Shown: positions 12,090 through 25,211, counted from the stretch's first letter. The stretch is 44,094 nucleotides of DNA from Octopus bimaculoides (GCF_001194135.2 NC_068991.1:30615422-30659515); one strand, 5' to 3'. A program made the numbers and translations. Notes: a model not told the origin generated them from the sequence alone.

Positions 12090-12560
12090 GTGTATTGACA
12101 TCCACAATAAGTATGCCTCATATGTGCTTTTGGGGGAATGGGATACATTGAATGGATGAGGTCCCTCGGATTTCAGTTTGTAGCAGTACCTTGTTCTCAT
12201 TCGAGAAGAACAATGGAGAGGGACCATACACACGCGCTTGAATAGTTTTCAGTACCAATATTTGGCATTAGTCTCTCCAAGACTGAGTAGATATAGATGA
12301 TTATATATCGTTACGTTTTTCATTCCAATAACTTATCTGGTGTCTGGAATCAGTCTTTTTGAAAGAAGGATCTTTGGTTTATCACCAATTCAAACATGTG
12401 AGTGACAGCTGAGTGACTATAGGAGGGAACAATGTAGACGACTGAGAACAAACATGTCTTCTTGTGTACTTGTTTTGAATATTCTTAGGATATAACCTGC
12501 GAATCTTTTGTGGTTTTTAGACTATGCACATGGAATAATGCATCATTACTGAAGAAAACT
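12090..12560 (-). mobile_element. CR1/L2-group LINE ORF2 C-terminal remnant
   Basis: Minus translation with stops and frameshifts: NDALFHVH...FAGYILRIFKT...VLSRLHCSLL*S...IGD...GMKN...LLSL...GPHPFNV. This follows the CR1-type pattern GWILRTF...LSRLxYCSQLWS...GPQLFN. Confidence 0.7.
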
Positions 12561-15093
12561 TGCAAGCTTCCGGAAATAGTCTCCCTTTAAGAGGAGTAAC
12601 ACCATTGGTAGATACCCAAAATATAGTGATCTCCAGTAATAGCTAATGAAGGGCGTGTTCTGCAATTATATTTACATGTAAATTATAAATTATATAGATT
12701 ATGAGCGTACGTGTATTTCTCTCTCTCTCTTTCTCTCTCTTAAGATTTGTGTTGAAGCATTTAGTTACGCAACCAATTACCCCTGTAATTACTGGTTTGT
12801 GTATGTTTAGTCAATGCATATGCCTGTTTAATTATATATGTATATTCATACTTGCTGGAGTGTTCAGAAACCCTTACACACAACAAAACTCGTTACCTTC
12901 AAATAACTTGCATAAAAATATCAAGGTATTTTAGTCGTAGATTGAACACTTTAGGAGAGACATAACTAACATAGGTACATCCCAACAAACACAGATGCAA
13001 CACAATATAGGCACATCATGACTTACACAGCTACATCATGACAAGCACACATACATAACAACTTTCATAACTATCACAACTACAACATTGACATATTGTA
13101 CGTTCATATACTGATGTATAAATGCTGCAAATATTGTTGTTTTTGTATTTGTTAGCCCTTATTCCGCAAACCTCTCATTAAGACTTGCCCATCCATAACG
13201 TTATTGTTATAGTTTATTTAGGCAGCATTCATCAGTGACCACATACTTCAATATGTTGCACTACTTTTAAGACGACTGTATGTGATTTGAAGGTGATTAT
13301 GCTGCTATCTCTTGCAGTTCATGCTGTGCAAATCTGTGTATTGTCACTGCAGCCTCAACCAATCAATTCAATGGATTCTAATCAGACAAAGTCAACGACC
13401 GAACGAACGCAGTTTACCCTCTGAATACTGCAGTGTGTATATATATATATATATATATATNNNNNNNNNNNNNNNNNNNNNNNNNNNNNNNNNNNNNNNN
13501 NNNNNNNNNNNNNNNNNNNNNNNNNNNNNNNNNNNNNNNNNNNNNNNNNNNNNNNNNNNNNNNNNNNNNNNNNNNNNNNNNNNNNNNNNNNNNNNNNNNN
13601 NNNNNNNNNNNNNNNNNNNNNNNNNNNNNNNNNNNNNNNNNNNNNNNNNNNNNNNNNNNNNNNNNNNNNNNNNNNNNNNNNNNNNNNNNNNNNNNNNNNN
13701 NNNNNNNNNNNNNNNNNNNNNNNNNNNNNNNNNNNNNNNNNNNNNNNNNNNNNNNNNNNNNNNNNNNNNNNNNNNNNNNNNNNNNNNNNNNNNNNNNNNN
13801 NNNNNNNNNNNNNNNNNNNNNNNNNNNNNNNNNNNNNNNNNNNNNNNNNNNNNNNNNNNNNNNNNNNNNNNNNNNNNNNNNNNNNNNNNNNNNNNNNNNN
13901 NNNNNNNNNNNNNNNNNNNNNNNNNNNNNNNNNNNNNNNNNNNNTATATATATATATATATGTATAACGTTGCACAAAGGTACATATGTGTGGGTATAAA
14001 GTCTGCTCGATTTCATTGTGCTCTATCGCATGACTTGTATCTAATTTCTTCGAAATCAATGAAGAACGTATTTAAATACTTCGAAGCTAGAAGTAGTTCG
14101 ACCACATTTACGCTCGGGCCGTTCGTCGTTCACTTGAAGAATTATATGATTTTGTGATGGACCTAGAAACATATACATATCAGTTAGATCGACCACATGT
14201 AGTTAAATATGAAAAGTAACTTTTTCCGAAACGTCACATTGTTGGTTACAGTTATTGAATTTAATAACGCAAAAAAACTGCCTCTAAATTCATTAGTATC
14301 ATTTCTGAATGACACAAGTTCCCAATCATTCCGATTTTTACACAAAAAGCAATGAGCTACGTGTACGATGAGAACATCTGTTAGCAAGATTCATTGAATT
14401 TCGCTCCAAACTCATAGTCTAAACCTCTTGGCCAAGTCCTATTGAAAATGGACGCTAAATCTCCATTTAGTCTCATTTAAGAAGAAAGGTTTTGGAGGAT
14501 GTACTTGTAGATACACTACTGCTTATACGAACTTGATGGTTACGAGTGAAAAACCTTTGAACATAAACAAGAGCTAAAGCTAAACAACAACTTTGATGAC
14601 AAGTGACCAAAAGAGGTATTTACATGGTCACCTCATATACTGGAATTTTCTCTCAAAACACAAGCAATCGAGTTGAAAACAATATAAGAACATATTGCGT
14701 ACTTTAGACTGAGGAGATTAAGTTCATTTGAGAAGATGGCCACAGCTGGGATAGCGTTAATCGTGTGTCTGACCAGCCAGAGCTGACCTGGAACTAACCA
14801 TAAAAACAAGATCGTTAATATCAACAACATCTAGATGGCGTTTACCTACACCAGTAACAACATCAATAACTACAATGCCAAGATGGTCTCATCAACAACT
14901 ACGACCACAACACCTTATACATGCAGCTCTAGTTTTTATTCGTCTCGTCTGACGTTGTTGAGAAAATGATAAAAAGGACGGAGAAAAATTTGAAAACGTC
15001 TTAAACACAATTCTAGACGCAACAGTGAAAAAGAATTTATAGAGCATTTACATACAACTCACATGTATATAAGTGTATACATGTGTATACATA

Positions 15094-15127
<34 letters not shown>

Positions 15128-15130
<3 letters not shown>

Positions 15131-15180
15131 GCGGTGCCCCAGCAAGGCCGGGGTCTAAGGATGAAACAAGTAAAAGAATA
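15128..15180 (+). mobile_element. SINE family B, extreme 3' fragment
   Basis: GCGGTGCCCCAGCAAGGCCG...GATGAAACAAGTAAAAGAATA. Confidence 0.65.
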
Positions 15181-15223
15181 ATATTTAAACGAAGTTCACG
15201 ATAAAAACGTGGGTATTTTTTTT

Positions 15224-15655
15224 CTAACCTTCTTCGTCTTCTTCGCTGCCACCTTCGCCGTCGACACAGCTTCCGCCACCTCCACATCCAGTTCCGCTTC
15301 CAGTGCTGCCTCCGCCGCCGCCTCCACCACCGCCACCAGGGACGCCGCCGCCGCTAGCGACGACGACGCCACCTTCGTTAACTCCTGTAGTAACACCAGC
15401 ACCACCACCACCGATGACAATTCCACTGCCGCCGCCGCCTCCCCCAGGACCACCACCTCCCTCTCCACGCCGTCCTGCCGCAGCCGACCCGTCACTCGTT
15501 GGGTCTTTGCTGTCCGTAGTTAAGACGTCTTTAGTAAGAGCACCACCATCAAAGAACGAGTTGGAATCCTGTGAAATACCAATGGCGAAGCTTCTGTCCT
15601 TCGCTTTAAACAAAAGAGTATCTATTGTACCCGTCGTGGTTTTGGGCAGAAGATT
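15224..15655 (-). CDS. Candidate Gly-rich low-complexity coding exon ending ...GGSCVDGEGGSEEDEEG* (terminal exon, or internal exon with donor AAG|gttaga at 15228)
   Basis: The most GC/CpG-rich stretch of the window, with clear triplet periodicity and variable third positions. The open frame runs from an in-frame TAG (15658-15656) to a TAG at 15226-15224, and base composition drops to AT-rich right at the 15224 end. Possible acceptors are tctatag|15655 and tttcacag|15568 (both phase 0). The strand is not certain; see findings. Confidence 0.5.
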   Translation of the reverse strand, partial: NLLPKTTTGTIDTLLFKAKDRSFAIGISQDSNSFFDGGALTKDVLTTDSKDPTSDGSAAAGRRGEGGGGPGGGGGGSGIVIGGGGAGVTTGVNEGGVVVASGGGVPGGGGGGGGGGSTGSGTGCGGGGSCVDGEGGSEEDEEG

Positions 15656-17115
15656 CTATAGACACGGTTATTGTTGTTGTTGTGCTTGTCCTTATATTTT
15701 TGCTTATTTTAAGTTTTGTTGTTTTGTGTATATTGTGAGGTAAGTACGTGTAGGGAGTAAGTGAAGAGCGTCTTCTATGTTGGTAGATAAATACATATAT
15801 ATATATATGTAAATATATATATGTGTGTGTGTCTGTATGGTATATTTTGTTGCTATTAAAAGTTGTTAAAATATAGTTCTTTTTACGTTTCTCACCATTA
15901 CTTGTCTATTTTCTTCTACCTTGCCACCTCACTGTCTATTTTTTGTTTTGTTTTACTCGTTATTACTTCTCTTCAAACTTGGACTTTTTCTTCCTTATAT
16001 TTTTTATATGTTCAAAATTTTGTTGTTGATTGTCGAGTTATATAAAAAAATTCTTTCAAGGGAGGGCTATAGAACACTTATGTATAATAACATGAATAAA
16101 TATTTTTCTTCCTCAATATACTTAGGTAACTTTCGGTTCTTTATTTTTTTGCGTGTGTTTATATTATTTGTTTCTATGCATATATCATACATCCGTAATT
16201 AGAATTATATTGAATTAGACTTATATAGGTTGTGCGCGTATTTAAAAATGTGTGTACGCTAAGTTGTGGTTCCTTTTACCCTTTTTATATGTATATATAT
16301 ATATATATACATGTACTTAATATGAACGTGTGGTGTATACGTATATATATACATGTATTCCTTATTTGTAACTTGTCGTTATACCCAAATATATTCGTTA
16401 AATTTTAGAGTTGTTATTGTTATTTGTGGACTATGTATATAATATACACGCGAAATAATGAAAATATATATATTGTATATGCAAAGAATTTTTGTGTTTG
16501 GCCGATCGTGATAGTGATGTTGACAATAGTAATATTAATTAAAAGGTTTATAAAGATGTTGATGATGATAATGATGACAATGATAATGTTTGTTTTCTTT
16601 TCCGAATATATTCCGGGACACGCGAAGCATAGAATTTAAAATTTGGTTAAACTTTATCCCCGAATACTGTACTCCATCCACTCGGTAAAGAATAATTCCG
16701 TGGTAGCGAAGAACTTCGCCTTTTTCTACTTTACCAAATATATTTGTTTGATTCTGTTAGAATTGTAACATCGCAACGAAAATAAATATATAAATTTGAA
16801 TGTAGGCCAGTAAGACTCACACAGTAGACAATTCTTTAACAAAGATTTTTGGTAAGCAATGCCTTAGCATATGGATACCAAAGGTTACCCATAATTCCAC
16901 GAAACAAAGTTTGTTTCCTCTCTGACTATAAACTCAACGTACATTTCTTTCTCCTACATTCTTCTCCTTTCTCCCTCTCTTCAAGCTTATTTCTTTCTCT
17001 CTCTCCCTCTTTCTATTTTCTCACGAATACTTTCTTTTATTGTTTTGTTTATTTTTTGGTGAAAGTTTTCTTAAGATTTCTGAAGACAAGAAAGATTACA
17101 CCTAGTCACACACAC

Positions 17116-17195
<80 letters not shown>

Positions 17196-17828
17196 TGTGT
17201 GTGTGTATTCCTTTACTGGTTGCAGCTACTGTGATATTATGCATATATACATATATATATATATATGAATTACTTTATTATCATTCCTTACGTCAGCAAA
17301 TATGTATGTTTTATAAATACATAAACGTATATATATAAAATCTTTTACGTTAACTGCTGCTACTAAGGGAAGACATTAAGGGATTTCTCCCTCCCCTTAC
17401 CTTAACCAACACCCGCCAACTTTCTGGCATCGTTTTAAGACGCAAACACATACAGACAATCATACACACAAGTACATACACATGCATACATACTTCTACC
17501 CACACGTGCTACTGGTTCTAAGCTATCTCTACTCAACCTTCGAATTCTTTCTCTCAGTTTCTTACTAACATCTACGCCACTACCACCACTCCAGTTCTTT
17601 GTCAAGTTCTCCCTCAATCTTTCTTTCAGAATTCTGTTTTGCTTATTTGTTTTCCTCCCTTCACCCCTACCCGTTTTCTCATCATCACACCATTCTGTCT
17701 TTATTTCAGCCTTTTTTATTTTTCTTCTACCATCCTTCCTGCTGCCTTGCTGCTTCGTACACAGACACACACACACACATATATATGTATGCGCTCTTGC
17801 AGAAGGAAAAGTAAAATCAAAGAATATG

Positions 17829-17865
<37 letters not shown>

Positions 17866-18330
17866 GTATAATACAAGCTGGTTGAGGCATAATCTTGCAT
17901 TATCTAGTACTACGACATTTACCACTACCACAAAAATTTCCAATGCTACAATTATTCCCAATACCAGGTACCACTATTACTAATACCACCACTACCAAAT
18001 ACTACTATTGCCATTACTTGTACTACCATACCCCATTATTGTTGCTACGACTACTACCACCACAACAAGAACCATATATTAGTTCGGCTGCTGGTTGTTA
18101 CCTTGGGTATTTACTACTCGGGGTAGGATTTTGGGTGGAACATGATGGATAGATGGTTATTAACTAGCAGACTGACTGTTGGGTGGCTTCTGTCTAAGTT
18201 TCTTCATTAAGGTAGGTTGGTAATAATGCCACATCTGCTACTACTGTCTCAAACAACAAAGGTGCCTGTACGCGACCTGCTAGAAAAAGAAACCAAATTT
18301 TCATGAACAGCGTACCGTCTTTAAAAATAT

Positions 18331-18525
18331 TGGTTTCATATTTTGGCACAAGGCCAGCAGTTTCTGAGGGGGATGTTGATTACATCGACTCCAGTACTTG
18401 ACTGGTACTTATTTAATTGACTCCGAAAGAATGAAAGGCAAAATCGACCTCGACTGGATTCGTACGTAAGACAGACGCGCAACATTAGGCCCGGCGTGTT
18501 TGCAATTCTGTCAGCTCACCGCTTA
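18331..18525 (-). mobile_element. SINE family A, diverged
   Basis: The reverse complement has the head (GCGGTGAGCTGACAGAATT), the GAGGTCGATTTTGCCTTTCATTC core and the GGCCTTGTGCC tail. Confidence 0.8.
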
Positions 18526-19669
18526 ACTGTCTGTAGAAATACCTCCAGAATTCTGAAGCCTGAAAAAAGGTAGGATGATCAAGCCTGAAGCGTTTTTTAT
18601 CATAGAGTTTTCAGTTCTATCAGGGCTGACTTAGAACACATTGGTTAATAAATAAAGTCCTGGGTGAATAAGTTTGGGTGGTCCCGGCCAGAACACTTGA
18701 TCATGTCAGCGTGATCAAGTCTGACCTTGGGTTAAACAGTGTCTCTACAGCTAATACCAATTAGCGCAATGAAGAAGGCATTTGGTTGCTGGGCACCCAC
18801 CCAGGCTGCCTGACTTCTGCTGGGATGGGGGACAAGCTGATCTGTAGATATATTTGCAGGTTTAATGTTGTTTAACGATAGAATAACTTTGATGGAGTAA
18901 ACCATTGATCAAATGAATTCTACCCATGACTGTCTCAAAGGTATCTACGCTTACATTGTGTTCTTGTAGAAGGTAATTTCAGGGAGATATGTTTGTTATT
19001 TCTAGCAGATCGCTAGACTACTTAAAGGTTTCTTCTTTTAGAAGTCATTGCTGTTTAGCCCCTGGTCAGCCTTGACTGTGTAGACATCAATTATGAGGTG
19101 TCCCAACGGTGACCATCCAGTCTTTGTAAATGTAGGACTTCACAGACACTTTTTAAAACGAAAGTGTACAATTTGAGCAAATTTGGTTGTTATTTCTAGC
19201 ATATCAAGTGACTAGTTAAAGATTCTTTGGGTAAGTACGGTAAAGATTTCTTTTTTTTTAAGAACCAGAAGAAATGCTCCTCATCCTCCATCATCACCAC
19301 TGCCACCACCATCATCATCATCATCACCACCACAAAAACAGGATGCCAACCAACATCCGCCTCAAAGACTGGTTCTCTTGATCAACAGCCAACTTTACCA
19401 AATACAAATAAATAGATAAATAAATTGAAAACCAACAATAAAAGTAGTAGTAGTAGTAGTAGTAGCCGGAAGACGTGTACTAATTCTTATTTAATCTTTG
19501 CTAAGCCCTAAACCAATGAAGGAAAACGTTGCAGTCATGATCACCCCGTCTTTTCGGTAGTTGTACATCTAATACTACATTACCAATGTTATTTATTCTT
19601 TTTAATTAAAAAATTGTAAGCTCTAACTTCAAATGAATTTTCCTGCTTGCGATTCCCTCCTTGGCTCGT

Positions 19670-19729
<60 letters not shown>
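19670..19729. repeat. (TAG)n microsatellite
   Basis: Direct reading. Confidence 0.95.
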
Positions 19730-22700
19730 ATGAAGGTGGTGGTAGTAGTGAGTGGAGTTTACAACTAATTGATATTTAGGAGAGAAAATTGTTGACATCA
19801 AGGAAATTGTGGAAACTGAAGAATTAAACAACCAAGAATTTTGGTTGTTTTGGCGGATATTCTTACAGGCTTTTGCCTTCAATAGTGCCCCCACCACCCA
19901 TCCCCCACTCTTTCTCTCTCTCTCTCTTCTTCCTCTTCTTCTAAACCCACAAATTTCATACCCTTGAAAGTTGATAGTTTATTGTCTGCTGTTGCACTGC
20001 ATTCTTTAAATTTACGCGTGCATATAGGCTATATATATATATATATATACATATATACATATATATATATGCACACACACACGCATACGTATGTGTACAT
20101 AGACATTTATTTGTGTGGGTGTACATGTATATATATATGTATATATATATATAAATGATTTAATAATGAAGAAGAGTTTATCAAATATTTAAGTAATAAA
20201 AATATAAGTCTCCTTAATTCCAATGTTTTCAACATTAAAAATTAATCCCGGTAAGATTAAATAACGTGTTTAGAAAAAAATACTAGTCGATTAATTAACA
20301 TTATTATCTGGACAAGAAGGGAGATAACTGGCACAAAGAATACAAATCTTTTATAGCAAAATAATCAAATAATCTAAATGCACGAAGTAGGATTTTGAAT
20401 AGTTTTACGAATCTTCTAAAGAGTAAGTTTAATCCCAACAAAGCCAGCAACTGATGACGGGGGTTAGTACCTATTCCACTGACGAAGCCAAATATAGTGT
20501 GACCAAAACATAGTTATCTCCCTGGTTGCCAATTATAATACCTTAACAAATAACTATTGCACTCTACCTCATGTATTGAGTACTTAATAGTTTGGTAGTG
20601 GTAACACTTGTTATTTACTGTATGTGTATGCGCGTGTTGATACACACACACAGAGCAGTCAGCATAAAAATGTGCATGTGAATATATGTTCGCGTGTATG
20701 TGTGTGTATATATATATATATATATGCGCATGCGTGTGTATTTATATATATGCGCACGCATACACAGGGACGCTGTCGCCTACCCCCTGCCCCACCTCGG
20801 TTTCCATTACAATTGCTTTCATGTAAGTTCGTTTATCAACAATTAGAAACCAGACCAACCTCCTCATCCCCACCATTCACTTAGTCTACGTAGTTTTCAG
20901 TTTATCTGTCAGCCTCATTGTCGGCCTATCATTCTGTCTGTCTGTTTGTCTGTCTCTCTACGTCAATGTCCGCTTGTCAGTCTTTTTGCTAATGTTTCCC
21001 TATCAACATTTAGCAAAACTGTCTCTCAGTTTCAAAACTGCATTTTTATTATTATTTTTTTTAAAGAAATTTCGTATCTATTATCCTAAGTTTCTCTCTG
21101 TCTGTCTGTCTCTATCTATCTGTCTTTATCTCTCTGGATAGATAGAGAAAGAGGTTTGTTGCTATCTACTTGCCTGCATTTATTTATCTTTCGCATTTTC
21201 CCCTCTCATACTCAAGCAACCAACCGCTTTTCATTTCTTTCTCCTGCTCGCTTTCAAAAACATGTTTCGTTCCCTTTCTCTGACTCTCTCACCCTTTTTC
21301 ACATACACTATTTGTTGTTCCTTCTCTGTGCTTCTCTCGCTCTCTTTTGCTATGTGTAGTTAAGCAAGTCTATTTCTTCCTCATACTATCACTCCTCCAC
21401 ACGTAAACATACATTTCTTATTTTACGTGAAGTTGTACAATTCACCGAAAACAAAATCTACGACGGATCCGCACAAACTTTCCACTTGCAGGTTAATGAA
21501 ACTAACAAAAGTGTTTTTAAAAAAGTACAAACAAAAGTCTGCCTGGATCAGTGAGTGTATTAACTTAATCCCAATCTTTTAACCTTCAATTTGAACCAGT
21601 TAGACTCATAATCTCAGCCATTTCTTTGCCTCTATGAACCCCTTTGATTCCTATCTTATTCTACTGGACCTCCATAGCCAGTCGATGTATATATTAAAAA
21701 AAAATTCTATTGTATTTTTATAATTAAATATTATTAGAAATTGTATAAAAATTACTTAAAACATTTTATGTATTGTAGAAGTATAAGCAATTTATTGCAC
21801 GTAATTTCAACAACAAAATCTTAAATGGACCCCGGTTGACAACCCTTCAGCTAGACGCATATTCTCAACCATTTGATTCCTTAGTTTAAACCATCAGATG
21901 TAAATATTTAATCATTAGTTCTGATACATCACGTGGACGTGTGAGCTTTGCTTTAACTAAGTACTCAACTTTTGAGCGGATTGTGACATTTGTTATCAAT
22001 GACGAAGCGGTTACTTATAAATGAAATAGAATCAAAGAGAGAAATTTGTGTTAATTGAGAAGTTAACTCGAAATTAATGTAGGATGAGGACAAATACGAT
22101 ATCATATTCATTTGTTCGGTAAATGCGGGAGTTGATTCTAAGCATATTTATAAATTATTCTGGGCTAATTAACGAAGTACATCTAAAATTCATTAATGAA
22201 AAGTTTATAGATTTCGTGCGTCTTATAAGAAGAGCATTTTGGATGTAAGTACATTCTAGAACGACGATCAATAGTGAAATACTTATATGAGCCCCAATTT
22301 CATTGGTCTCTTCGTTTTACTTCAGTTATGAGGTAAATATACATAGCAAGAAAATATTTACAACCCATTTAGCATCAGTAGAACTGAGTTCAGTGATGTA
22401 GGAAGACGAAGGCGAGATGTTTGGTTGAGTTGACAGAAGCTGGAATACGATGAATGAACAGTTTTTATTCTTTGTCTTAATATGTCATAGTATAGCTACC
22501 ATGTGAAACCAAGAGAGACTGGTTAAACGTGATAAAAGCGTTTCCATATTCATTTAGTGTGCAATTACAGCATATACGGAAGATACCTGTTAGAAAAAAG
22601 CATATCAGGAAAATACATATTAGGAAGATACATATTAGTCGTTCATCTCAGAGTTGGAGTGCAACTGTATCGGTGAGCAAGTCGCAGATAATGCGACGAA

Positions 22701-24339
22701 AATTTTGACACCAGTAAATGATTAAGTGAAGTTAAAGGTCTTTGTGTGTTTTTGAATGCCTACTTCGTGTCTTTCACACAGTAATTCCTTTAGTTTCAGC
22801 ACACGATTTCAGATTAAATCACTTGCCAAACAAGTATATCGAAATGTTTAATGTTGTTGAGTCAGAAAACATACTACTAGAACGAAGAAGCAGGGTCGTT
22901 GTGATAGGATGGAGTATCGCCGGCTATTTCTGACAGATCTGAGAAAGGGCTTAGTGATACCCGCTGTTAGTTCGTGTAGCATCCAATTTTTAAAACTGGT
23001 AGGGAATTTGGACATGGAACTTTGGTTGCTTCATTGAATGAAAAAGGGGGAAATTCTTGCATACTGGCATACTCTTTGTTACTTGGTCGGAAATATGTAA
23101 TAATTATTAGACACGAAAAACCATTTCTGAGAGCGTAGAAAAGAAATGGTTCCTACTTTTGAAGAATCCTTAATGACTTCAAGATGTGTCTCCAAAGTTT
23201 CCTTGTCAATTAGTTGTGTTTCATAGCGAGCGATTAAGCGTGAAATTAACGCAAGATCGTTTAAGATCAAAATGGGTATACAGCAAATATGCAGAGATAT
23301 AAGAAGAAAGGCATGTGAGGACACACACACATAGACACATATATGCAAAAATCCTTCTATGCGCAGCCACACTAAACCATGCTGCAGCCAGGCGCATACA
23401 AGTATTTACATAAATGGCCTCACGTTATTTCTAATTAAGGAGTGAAGCTGTAGCATTGATATGAAGGAATTTCAAAAAAGGGAAAAGGATGTGTGTATCA
23501 CACAATCATTATATTGTGATAGCCATGCCTCTCTTGCAAGAAGTTCAAATGTAAATGACACGATTTAGAAAAGAGTAGCGACCTGGGTTCACATATAAGT
23601 TACATAAATTGTGTATTGTGTGTATATGTGCGTATGTGCTTCGTTTGGAGAACATTTGTGCGAAAGAATTAGTTTACAGAATGAGGGCTACTCGTGTATG
23701 AGTTGGTGAAAGGATAGAATAAGAGAGAGGAGAGAGAGAAAAAAATGAGAGAAAGAAAAGAAGTAGGAGAATGAGTAGACGATAAGGAAAAAGAGGAAAA
23801 CGAACAGAAGATGAAGAGAAGGGAAAAGTAACAATTCGACAATCAATGAAAATAAAATAAAACATAAATAAATGAAAACAAAATGAAAAGAGCTGTGCAA
23901 GGTTCGAACGACGGTAGTTTACCATAAATTACATTTTTTGCTGTCTATTATTATATTTATTTATTTTTATTCAGCTTATTGGTTGCGGGGTCCAACTTTT
24001 TCTTTCAAGTTAATTAGATATGACAATGCCAATTAAAAGAGAACCAATTTCTTGCAACGTGTCATGGAAGGTGCCAGGGAGTTTAGGTTGATAAATTCTC
24101 AGTTCCCGCCTATAGACGACGCCACTTCAACTAACCAGTCGCCTCCACTGTCATTTTGATGGTGGAGGTGGGAAAGAGGAAGTTTTTAAACATCTATGGC
24201 GACACACAAACAACAATTTCGCAATTACGGTCTATCTGCTTGTTTGTTTGTTACTGGTGTTTATGTTTTATTGATGTTTTGTTTGCTGCATGTTTTTCCC
24301 TCTTGTTATAATTATATTCATAAAAAGGAGGGGAAGACA

Positions 24340-24525
24340 GAGGATTGGCTGTTTCAGTAAAACAACATTGGACAAAACGTCTTGCTGCATTTAACAATGT
24401 CCTTTTACGTACTCGAGTTCAAACCCCGCTGAAGTCGATTTTACATTTCATTCGATAAAATAAACTCCTGGAATCGTTATAATAAAATATATATCTCTGT
24501 CCCAAACTCAAAGTTTGTGGCCTTA
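24340..24525 (+). mobile_element. SINE family A, highly diverged
   Basis: TTTACGTACTCGAGTTCAAACCCCGCTGAAGTCGATTTTACATTTCATTC core. Confidence 0.55.
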
Positions 24526-24979
24526 AACTTTTCTTATCAATCATTACCATTATCATTTTAAAGAAGAAGAGACTGCTATTGGCGGAAGAAACCGTCCAAT
24601 TCCAGGTGAAGTACTTTATGGCTACATCTCAACTCTCCCGGGTTCCATTGTTAATGCACTAATTAAGAGTATCTAATCCGTTACACCCTCTCACTAAAAG
24701 AAATACTTGAACTTGCGTCGATATTAGTTAGAAAACAACTTCATTACAACATTTGTCGAATATGTAAAGCGGTTCACTCCGTGTAAGACTATTACCATAA
24801 TGCAAATTAGTTTAAAGCTATTAATAATATTCAAATTAAATCAATTTGTGTAAATTAAATTGCATTTCTATTGACCCTCAGCTACTTCATCTCGTCATCA
24901 TGGCGTAGATGAACGGATTTAACCGAGAAGTGGCAAGGTTTTTTTAAATAGTGGAGACAGCGCTGTCAGTTCGACTTAC

Positions 24980-25018
24980 AGCAGGTTTGCTGCCAAGGAC
25001 AACAATCGACCCATCAAA
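24980..25018 (-). CDS. Candidate 39-nt symmetric mini-exon, FDGSIVVLGSKPA (phase 0) or LMGRLLSLAANL (phase 2)
   Basis: Acceptor actcataccgcag|T, donor GCT|gtaagt (consensus intronic hexamer), length divisible by 3, GC-richer unique sequence. Confidence 0.35.
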
Positions 25019-25066
25019 CTGCGGTATGAGTGTGTGTGTGTGTGTGTGTGTGTATAGATATATATC

Positions 25067-25098
<32 letters not shown>

Positions 25099-25170
25099 TA
25101 TATATGTATGTGTATATAGGTGTGTGAATATACATGTATGTATATATATGTATATGTATGTATACTTATG

Positions 25171-25211
<41 letters not shown>

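Noticed and set aside
14624-14800. WSPH...RLRRLSSFEK possible second CR1 remnant
   Set aside because: Only two short motif echoes; not supportable without a search.
15582-15743. MAKLLSFALNKRVSIVPVVVLGRRFY as a mitochondrial presequence and GYCCCCAC as a cysteine string
   Set aside because: The Cys run comes from a (TTG)n repeat, and there is no independent evidence that this ATG is used.
17435-17890. Minus ORF ...NRILKERLRENLTKNWSGGSG..., plus a plus-strand TACTAAC at 17563-17569
   Set aside because: This is purine/pyrimidine-skewed cryptic simple sequence bounded by microsatellites. There is no matching acceptor-donor pair on either strand.
21610-21850. Possible decayed hAT-like element (GACCCCGGTTGACAACCCT end)
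   Set aside because: The left TIR and the TSD are not identifiable.
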